A stretch of DNA of 31,754 nt from a virus (Duplodnaviria > Caudoviricetes), in IMG/VR virus record IMGVR_UViG_3300034523_000112, positions 1-31,754 of that record. One strand, 5' to 3'. This document shows, piece after piece, positions 6,965-16,510 of the stretch. The position numbers and the translations under genes were made by a program. Under the pieces are notes generated by a model, which worked only from the letters and a program-made list of their open reading frames with translations, did not search any database and had not been told where the DNA came from. Positions within the stretch are counted from its first letter, which is position 1. Each line of letters begins with the position of its first letter.

Positions 6965-7025
6965 ATAAAGATACTTATGGGGTTGCAAAGAAGTTTGCTT
7001 CTGTGCAGTCTATAAAAAGACTTAT
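6965..7025. promoter_or_regulatory. Three OR-like 14-bp operators
   Basis: ATAA-AGATAC-TTAT (6965), AGAA-GTTTGC-TTCT (6989), ATAA-AAAGAC-TTAT (7012); spacing 24 and 23 bp. Confidence 0.75.
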
Positions 7026-7039
7026 CAGAGGCCGGCCTC

Positions 7040-7345
7040 ATGGCTCAAAAAATCAGCGAACTAATAAATCATTTCGGTAGCCAGTCGAAGACCGGGGATG
7101 CCCTCGGCGTGTCTCAAGCAACAGTTTCTTATTGGCTGGCCGGGTCGCAAAAGGTTAGCCCCGAAAAGGCAATGCTTGCCGAGATCGTAACCGGTGGCGC
7201 GATCAAGGCCTCTTCGCTCTGCGAGCTTATTGCTCAGGTCGAAGCTCGCCACAAGGTAGGTGAATCTTCCACTGAATTCCCGATCCGCGCACGTGGGCCT
7301 GATGGCTCTGTATGCGCATCCAGTACCCAGCAGATCACCCAATGA
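7040..7345 (+). CDS. cro: Cro-like HTH protein (YdaS/P22-type)
   Basis: LINHFGSQSKTGDALGVSQATVSYWL; divergent from cI. Confidence 0.85.
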   Translation: MAQKISELINHFGSQSKTGDALGVSQATVSYWLAGSQKVSPEKAMLAEIVTGGAIKASSLCELIAQVEARHKVGESSTEFPIRARGPDGSVCASSTQQITQ

Positions 7346-7536
7346 CTCCCGTATCAAGCGGCATTCCACTCGAAGAATTCATTGAGCGCAACGGCAGGAA
7401 GCAGGCGGCGAGAGAACTGGATTGCACCGGACCTGCTTTGTCGAAAGCAATCGCAGCAGGTAGGACCATTTTTGTGGATCTGGCCGCAGATGGCTCGGCA
7501 TCGGCAAAAGAAATTAGCAAGTTCCCGGGACGGTAA
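7342..7536 (+). CDS. Second Cro-like protein (lambda Cro type)
   Basis: IPLEEFIERNGRKQAARELDCTGPALSKAIAAGRTIFVDLAADGSASAKEISKFPG parallels lambda Cro (AINKAIHAGRKIF...ADGS...E.KPFP); ATGA-coupled start at 7342. Confidence 0.8.
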   Translation: MTPVSSGIPLEEFIERNGRKQAARELDCTGPALSKAIAAGRTIFVDLAADGSASAKEISKFPGR

Positions 7537-7730
7537 CGAGGTGTGTTCCTCGGATGCGCAGGTCTTGCCGCACTTTGGCTAGATACCTGAAGTATTCTAT
7601 GGCTACTGGATGTAACCCCAGTACAAGGATTCAAGAATGAAGCACGCAGACGCACCAGAGCAACAACCAACAGGACCGCCCTGATAGTGCGCCTGCTTCA
7701 AATTCTGTTTTTGGCATAGCCCAAAAAGCA

Positions 7731-7756
7731 GAAAACCCGCCTGGCAGCGGGTTCTC
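7731..7756. terminator. Terminator-like hairpin
   Basis: AACCCGC-CTGGCA-GCGGGTT; better U-tract on the minus strand. Confidence 0.5.
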
Positions 7757-7812
7757 AATCGGCACTTGTTAGAGCAAGCGCTTAGGTACTTCTTCGTCTA
7801 GAGGACGATTTC

Positions 7813-8145
7813 ATGCACCCAAAAAATAGCAACAATCAACCCATAGCGCAAGACTCACTCACACTTGTGGTTGATTTTTGCAATACACCTATCAGCAACA
7901 CAGGTGTCCAAATGCTCCAGGTCGTTGCCGGTATTGAATCGCGCGATGCGATCCAAAAGGCCCGCACCCTCGCTTCGGGTCTCGGTCAGATCTGTCGTCA
8001 CATGCATGACAGCCTGAACTACGGCGAGATGGTTTATTGCGACGGCATGGAAACCTTGGAGTTTGTCGCCGACAGCATCAGCGCTCTTCTTTGGTCCGTA
8101 CAGAAAGGCCTTCCCTCGGAAGTTGCAGAGAGGGAGCAAGCATGA
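7813..8145 (+). CDS. Hypothetical protein (possibly DUF3077-like)
   Basis: 110-aa ORF with GAGG RBS; family call tentative. Confidence 0.7.
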   Translation: MHPKNSNNQPIAQDSLTLVVDFCNTPISNTGVQMLQVVAGIESRDAIQKARTLASGLGQICRHMHDSLNYGEMVYCDGMETLEFVADSISALLWSVQKGLPSEVAEREQA

Positions 8146-8441
8146 ATATCCAGTCGAATGAAATTAAGGAGCTGGCTGACGAGGCGGAGTTCCAGGTGCT
8201 TGCGACCATTGATATTTGCAACTGGGTTGCAGCCATCGCTCGCGCCATCGCTCGCGACGTTGAGACTGGTGGCGGCGCTGATGTTCCGGTACTGGCGGAC
8301 TTGGCCAAGTATTTCGACGATTCCGGCGCGACGAGTCTTGAGGCAGCTTTTGAGCAATTCAAGAAGATTGCGGCCCTTGTTCCCGCGCCACGTTCTGCGC
8401 AGATCGAAAACGTGGCGCGGGAATCCGAGGTGCAGCCATGA
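8142..8441 (+). CDS. Hypothetical phage protein
   Basis: ATGA-coupled start MNIQSNEIKEL. Confidence 0.7.
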   Translation: MNIQSNEIKELADEAEFQVLATIDICNWVAAIARAIARDVETGGGADVPVLADLAKYFDDSGATSLEAAFEQFKKIAALVPAPRSAQIENVARESEVQP

Positions 8442-8662
8442 GCCGTGAAACCCTGCTCCCAGTTCGTCTGGAAAATGCGCTGCTCACGATAAACCAACTG
8501 AGCAAAATCCTGATCAACAACGAGGCGTTGCGCGGTTCCGATCCAGAGCCACAGCTCGAACACCTGGACGTCGACGCGGTAATGCGCGCTGTGCTGCTGA
8601 TCTCCGCCCAAGCGCATGACGATTTTTGCGAAGTCATGAATTCAGCGGGAGCTCGCGAATGA
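8438..8662 (+). CDS. Hypothetical phage protein
   Basis: 74-aa coupled ORF with GAGG RBS. Confidence 0.7.
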   Translation: MSRETLLPVRLENALLTINQLSKILINNEALRGSDPEPQLEHLDVDAVMRAVLLISAQAHDDFCEVMNSAGARE

Positions 8663-9387
8663 CTATCACCCCATTCAATGGCGGCGATGCCGTCACCATG
8701 TCCTCCCGCGAGATCGCCGAATTGGTCGAGTCTCGCCACGATAGTGTGAAACGCACCATCGAAAGGCTGGCCGAGCGAAAAGTAATTGGTTCTCCACCAA
8801 TGGTGGAATACCTTGACGGCCTTGGCCGGCCGGCCACTGAATACCTGTTCTCTGGCGAGAAGGGTAAGCGCGACAGCCTTGTCGTGGTCGCCCAGCTCAG
8901 CCCTGAGTTCACTGGCGCTCTGGTAGACCGCTGGCAAAAGCTGGAGGAGCAGGTGAAAGCCCCTGCACTGCCCGGCGACTACATCTCGGCTCTGGAACAC
9001 CTGCTGGAATCCAAGCGCTCCGAAAAGCTCGCGATCGAGCAACGTGACCATGCCATCGAAACCAAGGCTGAGATCGGTTCGCGTCGTGAAGCCACGGCCA
9101 TGGCCACCGCTTCGGCGGCTGTTCGGCAAGTGCAGAAACTCAAGGATGACTTGGGCCTCGGCACCCGGCAGGCGGCGATTCTCGCTGTAGAGAAGGCGCT
9201 TGGCCGCAAGTTCGGCGTGTCCGGCTACGTGCCTCTGCGCCGCTGGTGCAAGGACCGCGGCATTACCGCCCCCAAAGTATTCCACCCGACCTATGGCTTC
9301 GTTCGCTGCTGGCCTGCTGGCGCCTGGATGGACACTTACCAAATTGACTTGGCTGACCTGTTTGGCGCCGACGGAGCACAAGCATGA
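8659..9387 (+). CDS. Rha-family regulatory/antirepressor-like protein
   Basis: TMSSREIAELVESRHDSVKRTIERL...VAQLSPEFTGALVDRWQKLE. Confidence 0.85.
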   Translation: MTITPFNGGDAVTMSSREIAELVESRHDSVKRTIERLAERKVIGSPPMVEYLDGLGRPATEYLFSGEKGKRDSLVVVAQLSPEFTGALVDRWQKLEEQVKAPALPGDYISALEHLLESKRSEKLAIEQRDHAIETKAEIGSRREATAMATASAAVRQVQKLKDDLGLGTRQAAILAVEKALGRKFGVSGYVPLRRWCKDRGITAPKVFHPTYGFVRCWPAGAWMDTYQIDLADLFGADGAQA

Positions 9388-9689
9388 AAATTTCCCACGA
9401 ACAGCTCATGACCCAGATCGCCGAGTCTGCGGTTGAGTATCAACTGGCCGAAACCAAGCGCAACTCGCTGCGCCGCGAACTGAACACCATGTACCGCGTG
9501 TACTTCGATGCCTACGGGCGGCCCTTCGCCGACAGCAACAAGCGCGTGAACCCCCACGATAAAGAGTTCGAAGGCGTAATTGCTTTCACCGATGTGGCTT
9601 ACACGCGGTGGAAAGCTCAGCGTGACCTCGCGACCAAGCTGAAGCGCAAGATGCGCGTGCTCGTCGAGCGCCTGGAGCGTGCGCTGTGA
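9384..9689 (+). CDS. Hypothetical phage protein
   Basis: 101-aa coupled ORF. Confidence 0.75.
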   Translation: MKISHEQLMTQIAESAVEYQLAETKRNSLRRELNTMYRVYFDAYGRPFADSNKRVNPHDKEFEGVIAFTDVAYTRWKAQRDLATKLKRKMRVLVERLERAL

Positions 9690-10282
9690 GCAAAGTCTTG
9701 AATTTTCCAACACCAGCGCCCGTTGAGATCATCAATGAGGCCCACTTCGAAAAATTCGATGAGGCGGCACTGTTGCTCATGTGCTTTGAGGTGGCCGCAG
9801 ACGCTGTAGAGGCGGTCTCTGAAGGTGAAGGAATCACCGAGCGGGATTGTAGTCACGTTGGGCTGATGGAAGTATGCATGGCGCTGGCCGTGATGTTCAG
9901 GCGCAGGACTGGGCATGAAGTTCAGCAAGTCTCGGCTGACCATCTCGACCACCAGAGGAAGTGCTTGATGGAAGGGCTGGAGTCCAAATCCCTGCCTATT
10001 CCTATTCGGCCTCCAGCGCTCAGCCCGTTACCAACCGCAGCTTTCAAAGCCCTTTCGACGGCGGATTTGGCCCAGGTTGGATTCAACTACATCAGCCGAT
10101 CGCATGAGCACATCAAGGGTAACTGCCCGAAACTCATTGAGCTGGATCTCGCGCGCGCGCACTCGCTTGATGCTATGGGCGCGCTTGTCGTTCTGATTGA
10201 AAGGTTGTCTGGTGGTGTGACTTCGAATCCCGCCAGCGAAACGCCGATAGCCAACGCGCCTGGATCGGAGACGCTGCAATGA
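9686..10282 (+). CDS. Hypothetical phage protein
   Basis: 198-aa ORF, GTGA-coupled. Confidence 0.75.
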   Translation: MSKVLNFPTPAPVEIINEAHFEKFDEAALLLMCFEVAADAVEAVSEGEGITERDCSHVGLMEVCMALAVMFRRRTGHEVQQVSADHLDHQRKCLMEGLESKSLPIPIRPPALSPLPTAAFKALSTADLAQVGFNYISRSHEHIKGNCPKLIELDLARAHSLDAMGALVVLIERLSGGVTSNPASETPIANAPGSETLQ

Positions 10283-10515
10283 CTACTCCCTTGGAATCAA
10301 CTACCGGGACCCCGGTAGTTACCATTGCCACTGCCGAAGTGGTCGCCGGCCCCTGGCCCAACTATTCCAACTGCCGCCAACTGCCGGAGCGTGAGCGCTG
10401 GGAGATTTACGCCATGGCAAAAGCTTCCCGTGGAGCCCTTGAGGATCGCGGAGTGGTCATGACCGAGAGCTATCAAGCGTTCATTGCCCGGGTAACACGG
10501 GAGTTGGACTTATGA
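10279..10515 (+). CDS. Hypothetical phage protein
   Basis: 78-aa coupled ORF. Confidence 0.7.
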   Translation: MTTPLESTTGTPVVTIATAEVVAGPWPNYSNCRQLPERERWEIYAMAKASRGALEDRGVVMTESYQAFIARVTRELDL

Positions 10516-11276
10516 CTGCCGACACTCCACGCAAATTCCAGGGTGTCTGGATTCCCGCAGAGCGCTGGCTTGATCGAACCTTGTCGCCAAATGAGAAGGT
10601 CATGCTGGGCGAGATATCAAGCCTGGAGACAGGCCCCCGCGGCTGCTATGCAACGAACGCCCACTTTGCTGAATTCTTCGACCTGTCTATCTCCAGGGTT
10701 TCGGAGATCATCAGCGGTCTGGTTGATAAGGGTCACCTGCGGGTGGAATTGATCCGCGAAGGCAAGCGCGTAGTCGAGCGTCGTCTGCGACTTGTTGACC
10801 CCTTCGGTTTTCCGAATACCCCTTCGGGAAACGCGGCGAACCCCTTCGGAAAAGACGGCGAACCCCCTTCGGAAAACACGCAGGGGAACAATACACAGAG
10901 CAACAATACAAAGAGCATTAAAAACACTCCGGCATCAGGCGCAAAAAAAGTGCTTTCGGATGAAGGGTTTGAACGGTTCTGGAAGTTGTACCCGAAAAAG
11001 AAAGCTCGCAAGGAAGCGATCAAGGCATGGGCGAAGCTGAAACCGAACGATGAGCTACGCCAGACCCTGATCACCGCCCTGGGTAGCCACTGCGTTTCCG
11101 AAGACTGGACCAAGGACAACGGCCGCTACGTTCCGAATGCGGCTACTTGGCTCAACGGTGAGCGCTGGACTGATGAGCTGGTACCGGCATCTGCGGCAAA
11201 GGCGAACGCTTTCAACAACCTGCCCACCCACACCCCGGATATGTACCAAGGAGGCGAAGATGGCCCAGCGTTCTAA
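10512..11276 (+). CDS. Phage replication initiator (HTH)
   Basis: N-terminal HTH (CYATNAHFAEFFDLSISRVSEII), FERFWKLYPKK and ATWLNGERW motifs, internal iterons. Confidence 0.88.
   Translation: MTADTPRKFQGVWIPAERWLDRTLSPNEKVMLGEISSLETGPRGCYATNAHFAEFFDLSISRVSEIISGLVDKGHLRVELIREGKRVVERRLRLVDPFGFPNTPSGNAANPFGKDGEPPSENTQGNNTQSNNTKSIKNTPASGAKKVLSDEGFERFWKLYPKKKARKEAIKAWAKLKPNDELRQTLITALGSHCVSEDWTKDNGRYVPNAATWLNGERWTDELVPASAAKANAFNNLPTHTPDMYQGGEDGPAF
10798..10925 (+). repeat. Putative replication origin: four iterons plus an A-rich tract
   Basis: CCCCTTCGG four times at 20-23 bp spacing (from ~10799), then AACAATACA(C/A)AGAGC twice. Confidence 0.75.
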
Positions 11277-12057
11277 TTTCCGCCGCCAGCCTGAGCAGCG
11301 CACCTTCGCCGGCGAGTGCCCGGTCCACGGCGCGGTTGATCGCTCCGAGGTTGAGCAGTTCGACGGCTCTCTGGCAGTACGCCCGTGCAAACAATGCCAG
11401 TTCCACGGCCTGCGCGTAGCGCCACGGGGGAGCGACGAACATTCGCAGGCGCTGGCCAACCTGCAAGCCGAAAGCGTCAACAGCGCGCTTGTAGGCTCCG
11501 GCATCACGCCGCGGTTTGCCGATAGCACTCTCGCCACCTACCGCGTCACCACCCCATCCATGACCCTGGCGCTGGAAACTTGCCAGGGCTATGCCGACAA
11601 CTTCGGTGAGCACTTCCAGGCGGGGCGCAACCTGCTTTTGTGCGGGAACGTCGGTAACGGCAAGACGCACCTGGCCAGCGGCATCGTCCAGCATGTGATT
11701 CGTCAGCACCGTGCCGTGGCAGTGATCACCACCGCAGCCGAAATCATCCGCGTGTTCAAGCGCTCGATGGATCGAACCGCCGGCTACACCGAGGGCGATG
11801 TGATCAATGAGTTGGCGAGTTTCGACTTGTTGGTGATCGACGAGATTGGCGCCCAGGCCGGCACTCACTACGAGCTGTCGGTTCTGCATGAGGTGCTGGA
11901 TCGCCGTTACAACCTGGTTCGCCCGACAGTGGTGGTGTCCAACCTCAACGCCCAAGGTCTGAGCCAGTACATTGGCGAGCGAGCCCTTGACCGGCTGCGC
12001 GAGAACAAAGCGCTGCTGGTCGGTTTCACCTGGGAATCGGCGCGGGGGCGTAAATGA
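11260..12057 (+). CDS. DnaC/IstB-like ATPase (helicase loader)
   Basis: CPVHG Zn motif, Walker A GNVGNGKT, Walker B LLVIDEIG; GGAGG RBS before ATG 11260. Confidence 0.9.
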   Translation: MAQRSNFRRQPEQRTFAGECPVHGAVDRSEVEQFDGSLAVRPCKQCQFHGLRVAPRGSDEHSQALANLQAESVNSALVGSGITPRFADSTLATYRVTTPSMTLALETCQGYADNFGEHFQAGRNLLLCGNVGNGKTHLASGIVQHVIRQHRAVAVITTAAEIIRVFKRSMDRTAGYTEGDVINELASFDLLVIDEIGAQAGTHYELSVLHEVLDRRYNLVRPTVVVSNLNAQGLSQYIGERALDRLRENKALLVGFTWESARGRK

Positions 12058-13457
12058 ACCACGAGGACAAGTATTACCGTCTCGAGGCCGAGCAGGGCGT
12101 GCTGGGCGCGATCATGATCGCCTCGCTCAACGAAAGCGCCGGAATGCTGGACGAGATCATCTCGCAGATGAAGTCTGGCGACTTCTGGCACCAGGACAAC
12201 GCTGCGCTGTTCGATGTGATCTGCGACTGTCATGCGCAGCGTATGCCTGTTGACGCGGTGACGCTGGGCTCGATTCAGCACTATCTGCCCAGCGGGACAT
12301 CCACTCTCCAATACACCATCGACCTATGCCGAGGCGTCCCATCGGCGGCTAATTGGAAGAGCTATGCCCAGCAGGTTAGGAAGTGGGCGCTGGTGCGTCA
12401 GTTTCGCGACCTTGGGCGAATCGTGGACAGCGGCGTTTATGACGATCTGCCAGCAGATGAAATCCTTGATCAGTGTGATTTGGCGCTGGCCGACCTGCGT
12501 GACCTGAAGGCATCTGGAAAAGCAGGTTACAAGCGGATGAGCGATGTTTTGCCGATTGTGCTGGATCACATGGATGACGTGCTCAACGATAAGGCGCCTC
12601 CGAAGCTCTCTACCGGCCTGGCGGATCTGGACAAGCTGATTGGCTTTCTGCGCCAAAAATCAATGGTGGTGATTGGAGGTCGACCGGGCGGCGGCAAGAC
12701 AATGCTGGGGCTGCAGATCATGAATCACGTTGCTACTCGCGGCCACGGCGTAGGGCTGGTGGTAAGTCTTGAGATGCCTGGTGAACAACTGACACTGAGG
12801 ACCATTGCGAGCCTGGGCGGCGTAGACCTGCGTCGGATGGATGAGGTCAAGTGCCTGGAGCAAGAAGAGTGGAACCGGATAGGCGTCGCGGCCGGAAAAA
12901 TCAAGGAGGCAGAGCTCTACCTGCTCGACACTCCAGGCCTGACGATGCCAGCCATCCGAGCCGAGGCGTTGAAGCTCCAGCGCGAGGTTGGGCTCGACAT
13001 CCTGATGATCGACTACGTGCAGATTGTCGGGACTGACGGCAAGTCACAGAACCGTGCTGACGCAGTAGCCAAGGTGTCGATCGCCATCATGAACCTAAGC
13101 CGCGAGCTGGCGATTCCGATCTTGGTGCTGGCGCAACTCAATCGAGGCCCGGCCAATCGGCCAGGCAAGAAACCACAGGCCAGCGACCTCAAGGAAAGCG
13201 GCCAGATTGAGCAAGACGCGGACGCGGTGATCCTGGTGCATTACGACCGGGACTCTGAGATGGGCCAGCAGGGCGTCACCGAGTTGATTCTGGATAAGGG
13301 GAGGCAAGCCGAAGCCGGCTCATGCCTGGTACAGCGTCAAGGCCAGTTCGGGCGGTTCGTCAACTTCGTCGGACGCGAGCCCACCCAGGAAGAGGTGGAG
13401 ATCAGCCGCCCCTTCTCCAGCCAGTACAAGGGAAGGAAGAGCCATGAGAAGTTTTAA
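12054..13457 (+). CDS. dnaB: DnaB-like replicative helicase
   Basis: GRPGGGKT, SLEM, IDYVQ, LAQLNR, SDLKESGQIEQDAD. Confidence 0.95.
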   Translation: MNHEDKYYRLEAEQGVLGAIMIASLNESAGMLDEIISQMKSGDFWHQDNAALFDVICDCHAQRMPVDAVTLGSIQHYLPSGTSTLQYTIDLCRGVPSAANWKSYAQQVRKWALVRQFRDLGRIVDSGVYDDLPADEILDQCDLALADLRDLKASGKAGYKRMSDVLPIVLDHMDDVLNDKAPPKLSTGLADLDKLIGFLRQKSMVVIGGRPGGGKTMLGLQIMNHVATRGHGVGLVVSLEMPGEQLTLRTIASLGGVDLRRMDEVKCLEQEEWNRIGVAAGKIKEAELYLLDTPGLTMPAIRAEALKLQREVGLDILMIDYVQIVGTDGKSQNRADAVAKVSIAIMNLSRELAIPILVLAQLNRGPANRPGKKPQASDLKESGQIEQDADAVILVHYDRDSEMGQQGVTELILDKGRQAEAGSCLVQRQGQFGRFVNFVGREPTQEEVEISRPFSSQYKGRKSHEKF

Positions 13458-14037
13458 GCTGCTGGACCGCCTGCTGGGGCGCAACGCCGAACCGTTCGTG
13501 CCTGGTTCGCACTTGAGCGCGCTTAGCTCAAAGATGGAGGCTGGACAGTGCTGGATCGTCCCGGAGGGCGCCGTTGTTGTCGCGTCACCTCCAGAGCCGA
13601 AGTACCCGGAAGCCGAGCGAATCGCCGCGTCGATCCGAGATTTCCCCGAGGACTGGGGCTGGGAGCGCAAGGGGTACGACCTGGTCCACATCCCCAGCGG
13701 GTTCAGGCTGTGGGTGGCCAATGAAGACTATGGCTTGGCCGAGGTCCACCCAAATAACGGAAAGACGGACTTCACGAAGCCTGAGCAGGCAATCATCTGG
13801 CCGGCTGTGGCCGATTGGCTTGGACACCGAAAGGTCGGGTTCACTGGGAGACTTCCGAAGGCGACCATCACCGGGCGCAGAGGGACTTACTGGTGCTTTG
13901 CTCAAGAGCATCCGTGGGCTGGCGTAGGAAGCTCGCCCGCGGAGGCTTATCGAATCTGGAAGTTCGCCATTTCGGTGGAAGCGCGCGTCGACATAAGCCC
14001 TGGGGAATACCTTCAACTGCGGAGTGTGAAGCTATGA
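13444..14037 (+). CDS. Hypothetical phage protein
   Basis: 197-aa ORF overlapping the dnaB end. Confidence 0.7.
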   Translation: MRSFKLLDRLLGRNAEPFVPGSHLSALSSKMEAGQCWIVPEGAVVVASPPEPKYPEAERIAASIRDFPEDWGWERKGYDLVHIPSGFRLWVANEDYGLAEVHPNNGKTDFTKPEQAIIWPAVADWLGHRKVGFTGRLPKATITGRRGTYWCFAQEHPWAGVGSSPAEAYRIWKFAISVEARVDISPGEYLQLRSVKL

Positions 14038-14205
14038 CTCGCTCCAAAACGTTAGACGGGATCGTCAGAGGTGCTGAGGCCGAGCAGACAGGCGTTAGAT
14101 TCCAATATTCACGTTTTCCGCTACAAGCCACGGATTGCGGGACCTGCGCCCTGCATCCACAAATTGTGATTGTGGAGGTTTGTAAAAGCCTCGGGAGTGC
14201 CGCAA

Positions 14206-14490
14206 ATGAGTAACGTAACGGCGGCATTGCCGCGTAAAAGCCTGACCTCTGACGAGCGGGATTTTCTGAAACAAGGTAACCGGCTGCTGCTCGACAAGCC
14301 CAACGGCCGTATCGGCGCCGCCGCACTGATGGACCTGGTCGCAGACTGGGGAAACCACCGCGGCAGCCTCGGATTCCAAGACTACGCCCGCCGGTGGATC
14401 ACCGAAGGGCACGCCAAGAACAAAATCGCCGACAAGATGCTCCGTGAGCTGTTTGGCCTGAACGAACCGACACCGAGGAAAGCGGCATGA
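14206..14490 (+). CDS. Hypothetical phage protein
   Basis: MSNVTAALPRKSL; coupled to Q. Confidence 0.7.
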   Translation: MSNVTAALPRKSLTSDERDFLKQGNRLLLDKPNGRIGAAALMDLVADWGNHRGSLGFQDYARRWITEGHAKNKIADKMLRELFGLNEPTPRKAA

Positions 14491-14870
14491 ATACAAGAAA
14501 ACCTTCGCGTCTGCCGCTGGGCGATACCGAGTACATGCTTGAGCAATGGGGCTTCTGGCGCATGGATGGCATGGGCGTACCGAGCTATGTGTCACCGTCC
14601 TGGGCGATCATGCGGGACATGGTCCCGTCGACGAGCAAGTCATACGTCATCACGGACGAACTGGCCAGCGTCGTTGATGGTGCGGTCGCCAGGCTTTGCA
14701 AGCGTGCGCCAGAAATGGGCGACTTCATTTGGCTCTACTATGGAGCCAAGTGGCCAGCCAAGCGTATTGGCAACAAGTACGACATGAGCGAGGCAAAGGC
14801 CAGGGAGATCATCAAAACGGGAGTCGGATGGATAGACTGCTCACTGGAAAAATTCATCGAAGCCGCATAA
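14487..14870 (+). CDS. Antitermination protein Q
   Basis: MLEQWG.W...ITDELA..VDGAVARL...GVGWID; positioned before the late genes. Confidence 0.85.
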   Translation: MNTRKPSRLPLGDTEYMLEQWGFWRMDGMGVPSYVSPSWAIMRDMVPSTSKSYVITDELASVVDGAVARLCKRAPEMGDFIWLYYGAKWPAKRIGNKYDMSEAKAREIIKTGVGWIDCSLEKFIEAA

Positions 14871-14945
14871 AAAACTTGCACACGCGGAATAGCCCTGTTT
14901 TCATGGCACCGTGTTCAGCTTTTCAAGCGCGACACCACATCGAAA

Positions 14946-14970
14946 GCCCGGCCACTGCGCCGGGTTTTTT
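14946..14970 (+). terminator. Intrinsic terminator (tR'-like)
   Basis: GCCCGGC-CACTGC-GCCGGGT-TTTTT just downstream of Q. Confidence 0.8.
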
Positions 14971-15002
14971 ATTGCCTCGAGTTCAACCTTCTGGAGATGC
15001 GC

Positions 15003-15167
15003 ATGAAGCTAAAAGCCAAAAGCAATCTGCTGGAGCGCGCCAGAACGGCATGGGAGGCGGTCGCACGCCAAGTTGGCGAGAACGACTTCTCGCGCCATCC
15101 GCGCACCGGCGAGTATTTGCATCCCGGTGTCGCCATGGGTTGGCGGATCCACAAAAAGAATCTGTAG
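15003..15167 (+). CDS. Small 54-aa hypothetical protein
   Basis: GGAG RBS; MKLKAKSNLLERARTAWEAVARQVGENDFSRHPRTGEYLHPGVAMGWRIHKKNL. Confidence 0.6.
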   Translation: MKLKAKSNLLERARTAWEAVARQVGENDFSRHPRTGEYLHPGVAMGWRIHKKNL

Positions 15168-15179
15168 TTTCACCTGTAG

Positions 15180-15312
15180 CCAGGACAGCCCTCGGGAAGG
15201 CCTGGACGTCGATAGCCGGATAGTGCGACGTACGGAAATAACACCGGCAGCATGAGCAGCTCATTCCTGTGCTATTGGGGCTGGCTCAAGCAGACCGAGG
15301 GGAAAGACCCTC
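15180..15312 (+). ncRNA. Candidate structured RNA
   Basis: Several stems and a possible pseudoknot in an intergenic stretch. Confidence 0.35.
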
Positions 15313-15369
15313 ACACCTATTTCAAGGCTCTCCATGTCGGCGGGCCTTCGTCGTTTCTGGAGCACGGTA

Positions 15370-15882
15370 ATGACCGATCAAGCGAAGAATGATGCTCAAC
15401 CAGTGATTGATGCGGTCGTCGTTGGTGACGCCCAACTTCTGCTCCGCGCACTGCGTGGACTTGCCAAGGCGCTGCCCGAGGTGTTTATCCGTGTTACTGG
15501 TCAGTTGTTGAGTACCAAGCAGTGTGAAAGCGTAAGCGCCGTATGTTTCGGCTTCGGCGCCATCAGCGACTTCTATCACGTTGATGGCAAGGTATTTGGT
15601 GCGGTGTACACCGACACCTTCCTGCTGATTCGCCAGGCTGGCCCAATGGGTGTTGGCATGGCTTACGAAGAGGTCAGGAAGCTGGTACTTGAGGTGCGTG
15701 CCGAGTACGACGAAACGGTTCTGAAGAAGGCGATGCAGCTCAAGGAATCACTGGAAGAGCTGGACCGGCTACTGAGCGGCCACTCTTTCGCTGATAGCAA
15801 GCTGACCAGTATGGCTCACGCCGACCTGTTCAAAGGTCAAGCCCTGCTGGTAGCGGCCCTGAACCCGATCAAGCGTGAATGA
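15370..15882 (+). CDS. Hypothetical protein (moron region)
   Basis: GGAG RBS before ATG 15370; 170 aa. Confidence 0.7.
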   Translation: MTDQAKNDAQPVIDAVVVGDAQLLLRALRGLAKALPEVFIRVTGQLLSTKQCESVSAVCFGFGAISDFYHVDGKVFGAVYTDTFLLIRQAGPMGVGMAYEEVRKLVLEVRAEYDETVLKKAMQLKESLEELDRLLSGHSFADSKLTSMAHADLFKGQALLVAALNPIKRE

Positions 15883-15908
15883 TCCTGATCGGGTAGCGGA
15901 GAATGAAT

Positions 15909-16457
15909 TTATGGCTGGACCAAGATTTTTTGCAGGAAAGCGGTTTGGCGGGTTAACTCCTCACGCATTTGTGCTTCATCCGGAGCTTGAATGTAAATCT
16001 GAATGTCTGCCGTGTACGCCCAGACACTCTCTTCCTTCAGCCAGTGCCTACGCAGCCGCACTTCAAACGGAAGGGCGTTATCTGGGAACTCATCACTGTG
16101 AGCCAGAGCAATCACGATGCTCCGGGATAGCACTAGATAAGGATCCGGCGTCTCTGCCCACTGGCGGTTCCTAAAAATAACCGCCACATACATCGATCGC
16201 GTGATGCCAGCTTCAGTTTTCGTCGTTGTGTGCGCGCATCGGAAGGTTTCGAAGTCTTGGCCAGGGCCATTGATGGCGCGAATCAATTTCTTGAGTTCTG
16301 GCTCACCTTTGAGTTCTGGTATCTCGTTGATCCGTTCAGGCTCCTTCGACAACCAGATCATTGGGTGGTGGCCTGTCTCGATATCTGTCGCATACGGCAG
16401 GTTCCGATGCCCTGTGGTGTACGTGATTTGAACACTTGCTGTTTTTTCGTTTTCCAT
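15909..16457 (-). CDS. Hypothetical protein, antisense moron
   Basis: 182-aa ORF opposite to late transcription; lower GC than its neighbours. Confidence 0.7.
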   Translation of the reverse strand: MENEKTASVQITYTTGHRNLPYATDIETGHHPMIWLSKEPERINEIPELKGEPELKKLIRAINGPGQDFETFRCAHTTTKTEAGITRSMYVAVIFRNRQWAETPDPYLVLSRSIVIALAHSDEFPDNALPFEVRLRRHWLKEESVWAYTADIQIYIQAPDEAQMREELTRQTAFLQKILVQP

Positions 16458-16510
16458 GAGTTGCGTGCGTCCTTTCTGTGTGGAAGCCGAACGATAGCAC
16501 GGAGCCATAT

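Noticed and set aside
8359-9381. 340-aa minus-strand ORF
   Set aside because: Antisense shadow of the coupled plus-strand genes.
14034-14213. 59-aa coupled ORF
   Set aside because: Fits the operon spacing but has no other support; left uncalled.
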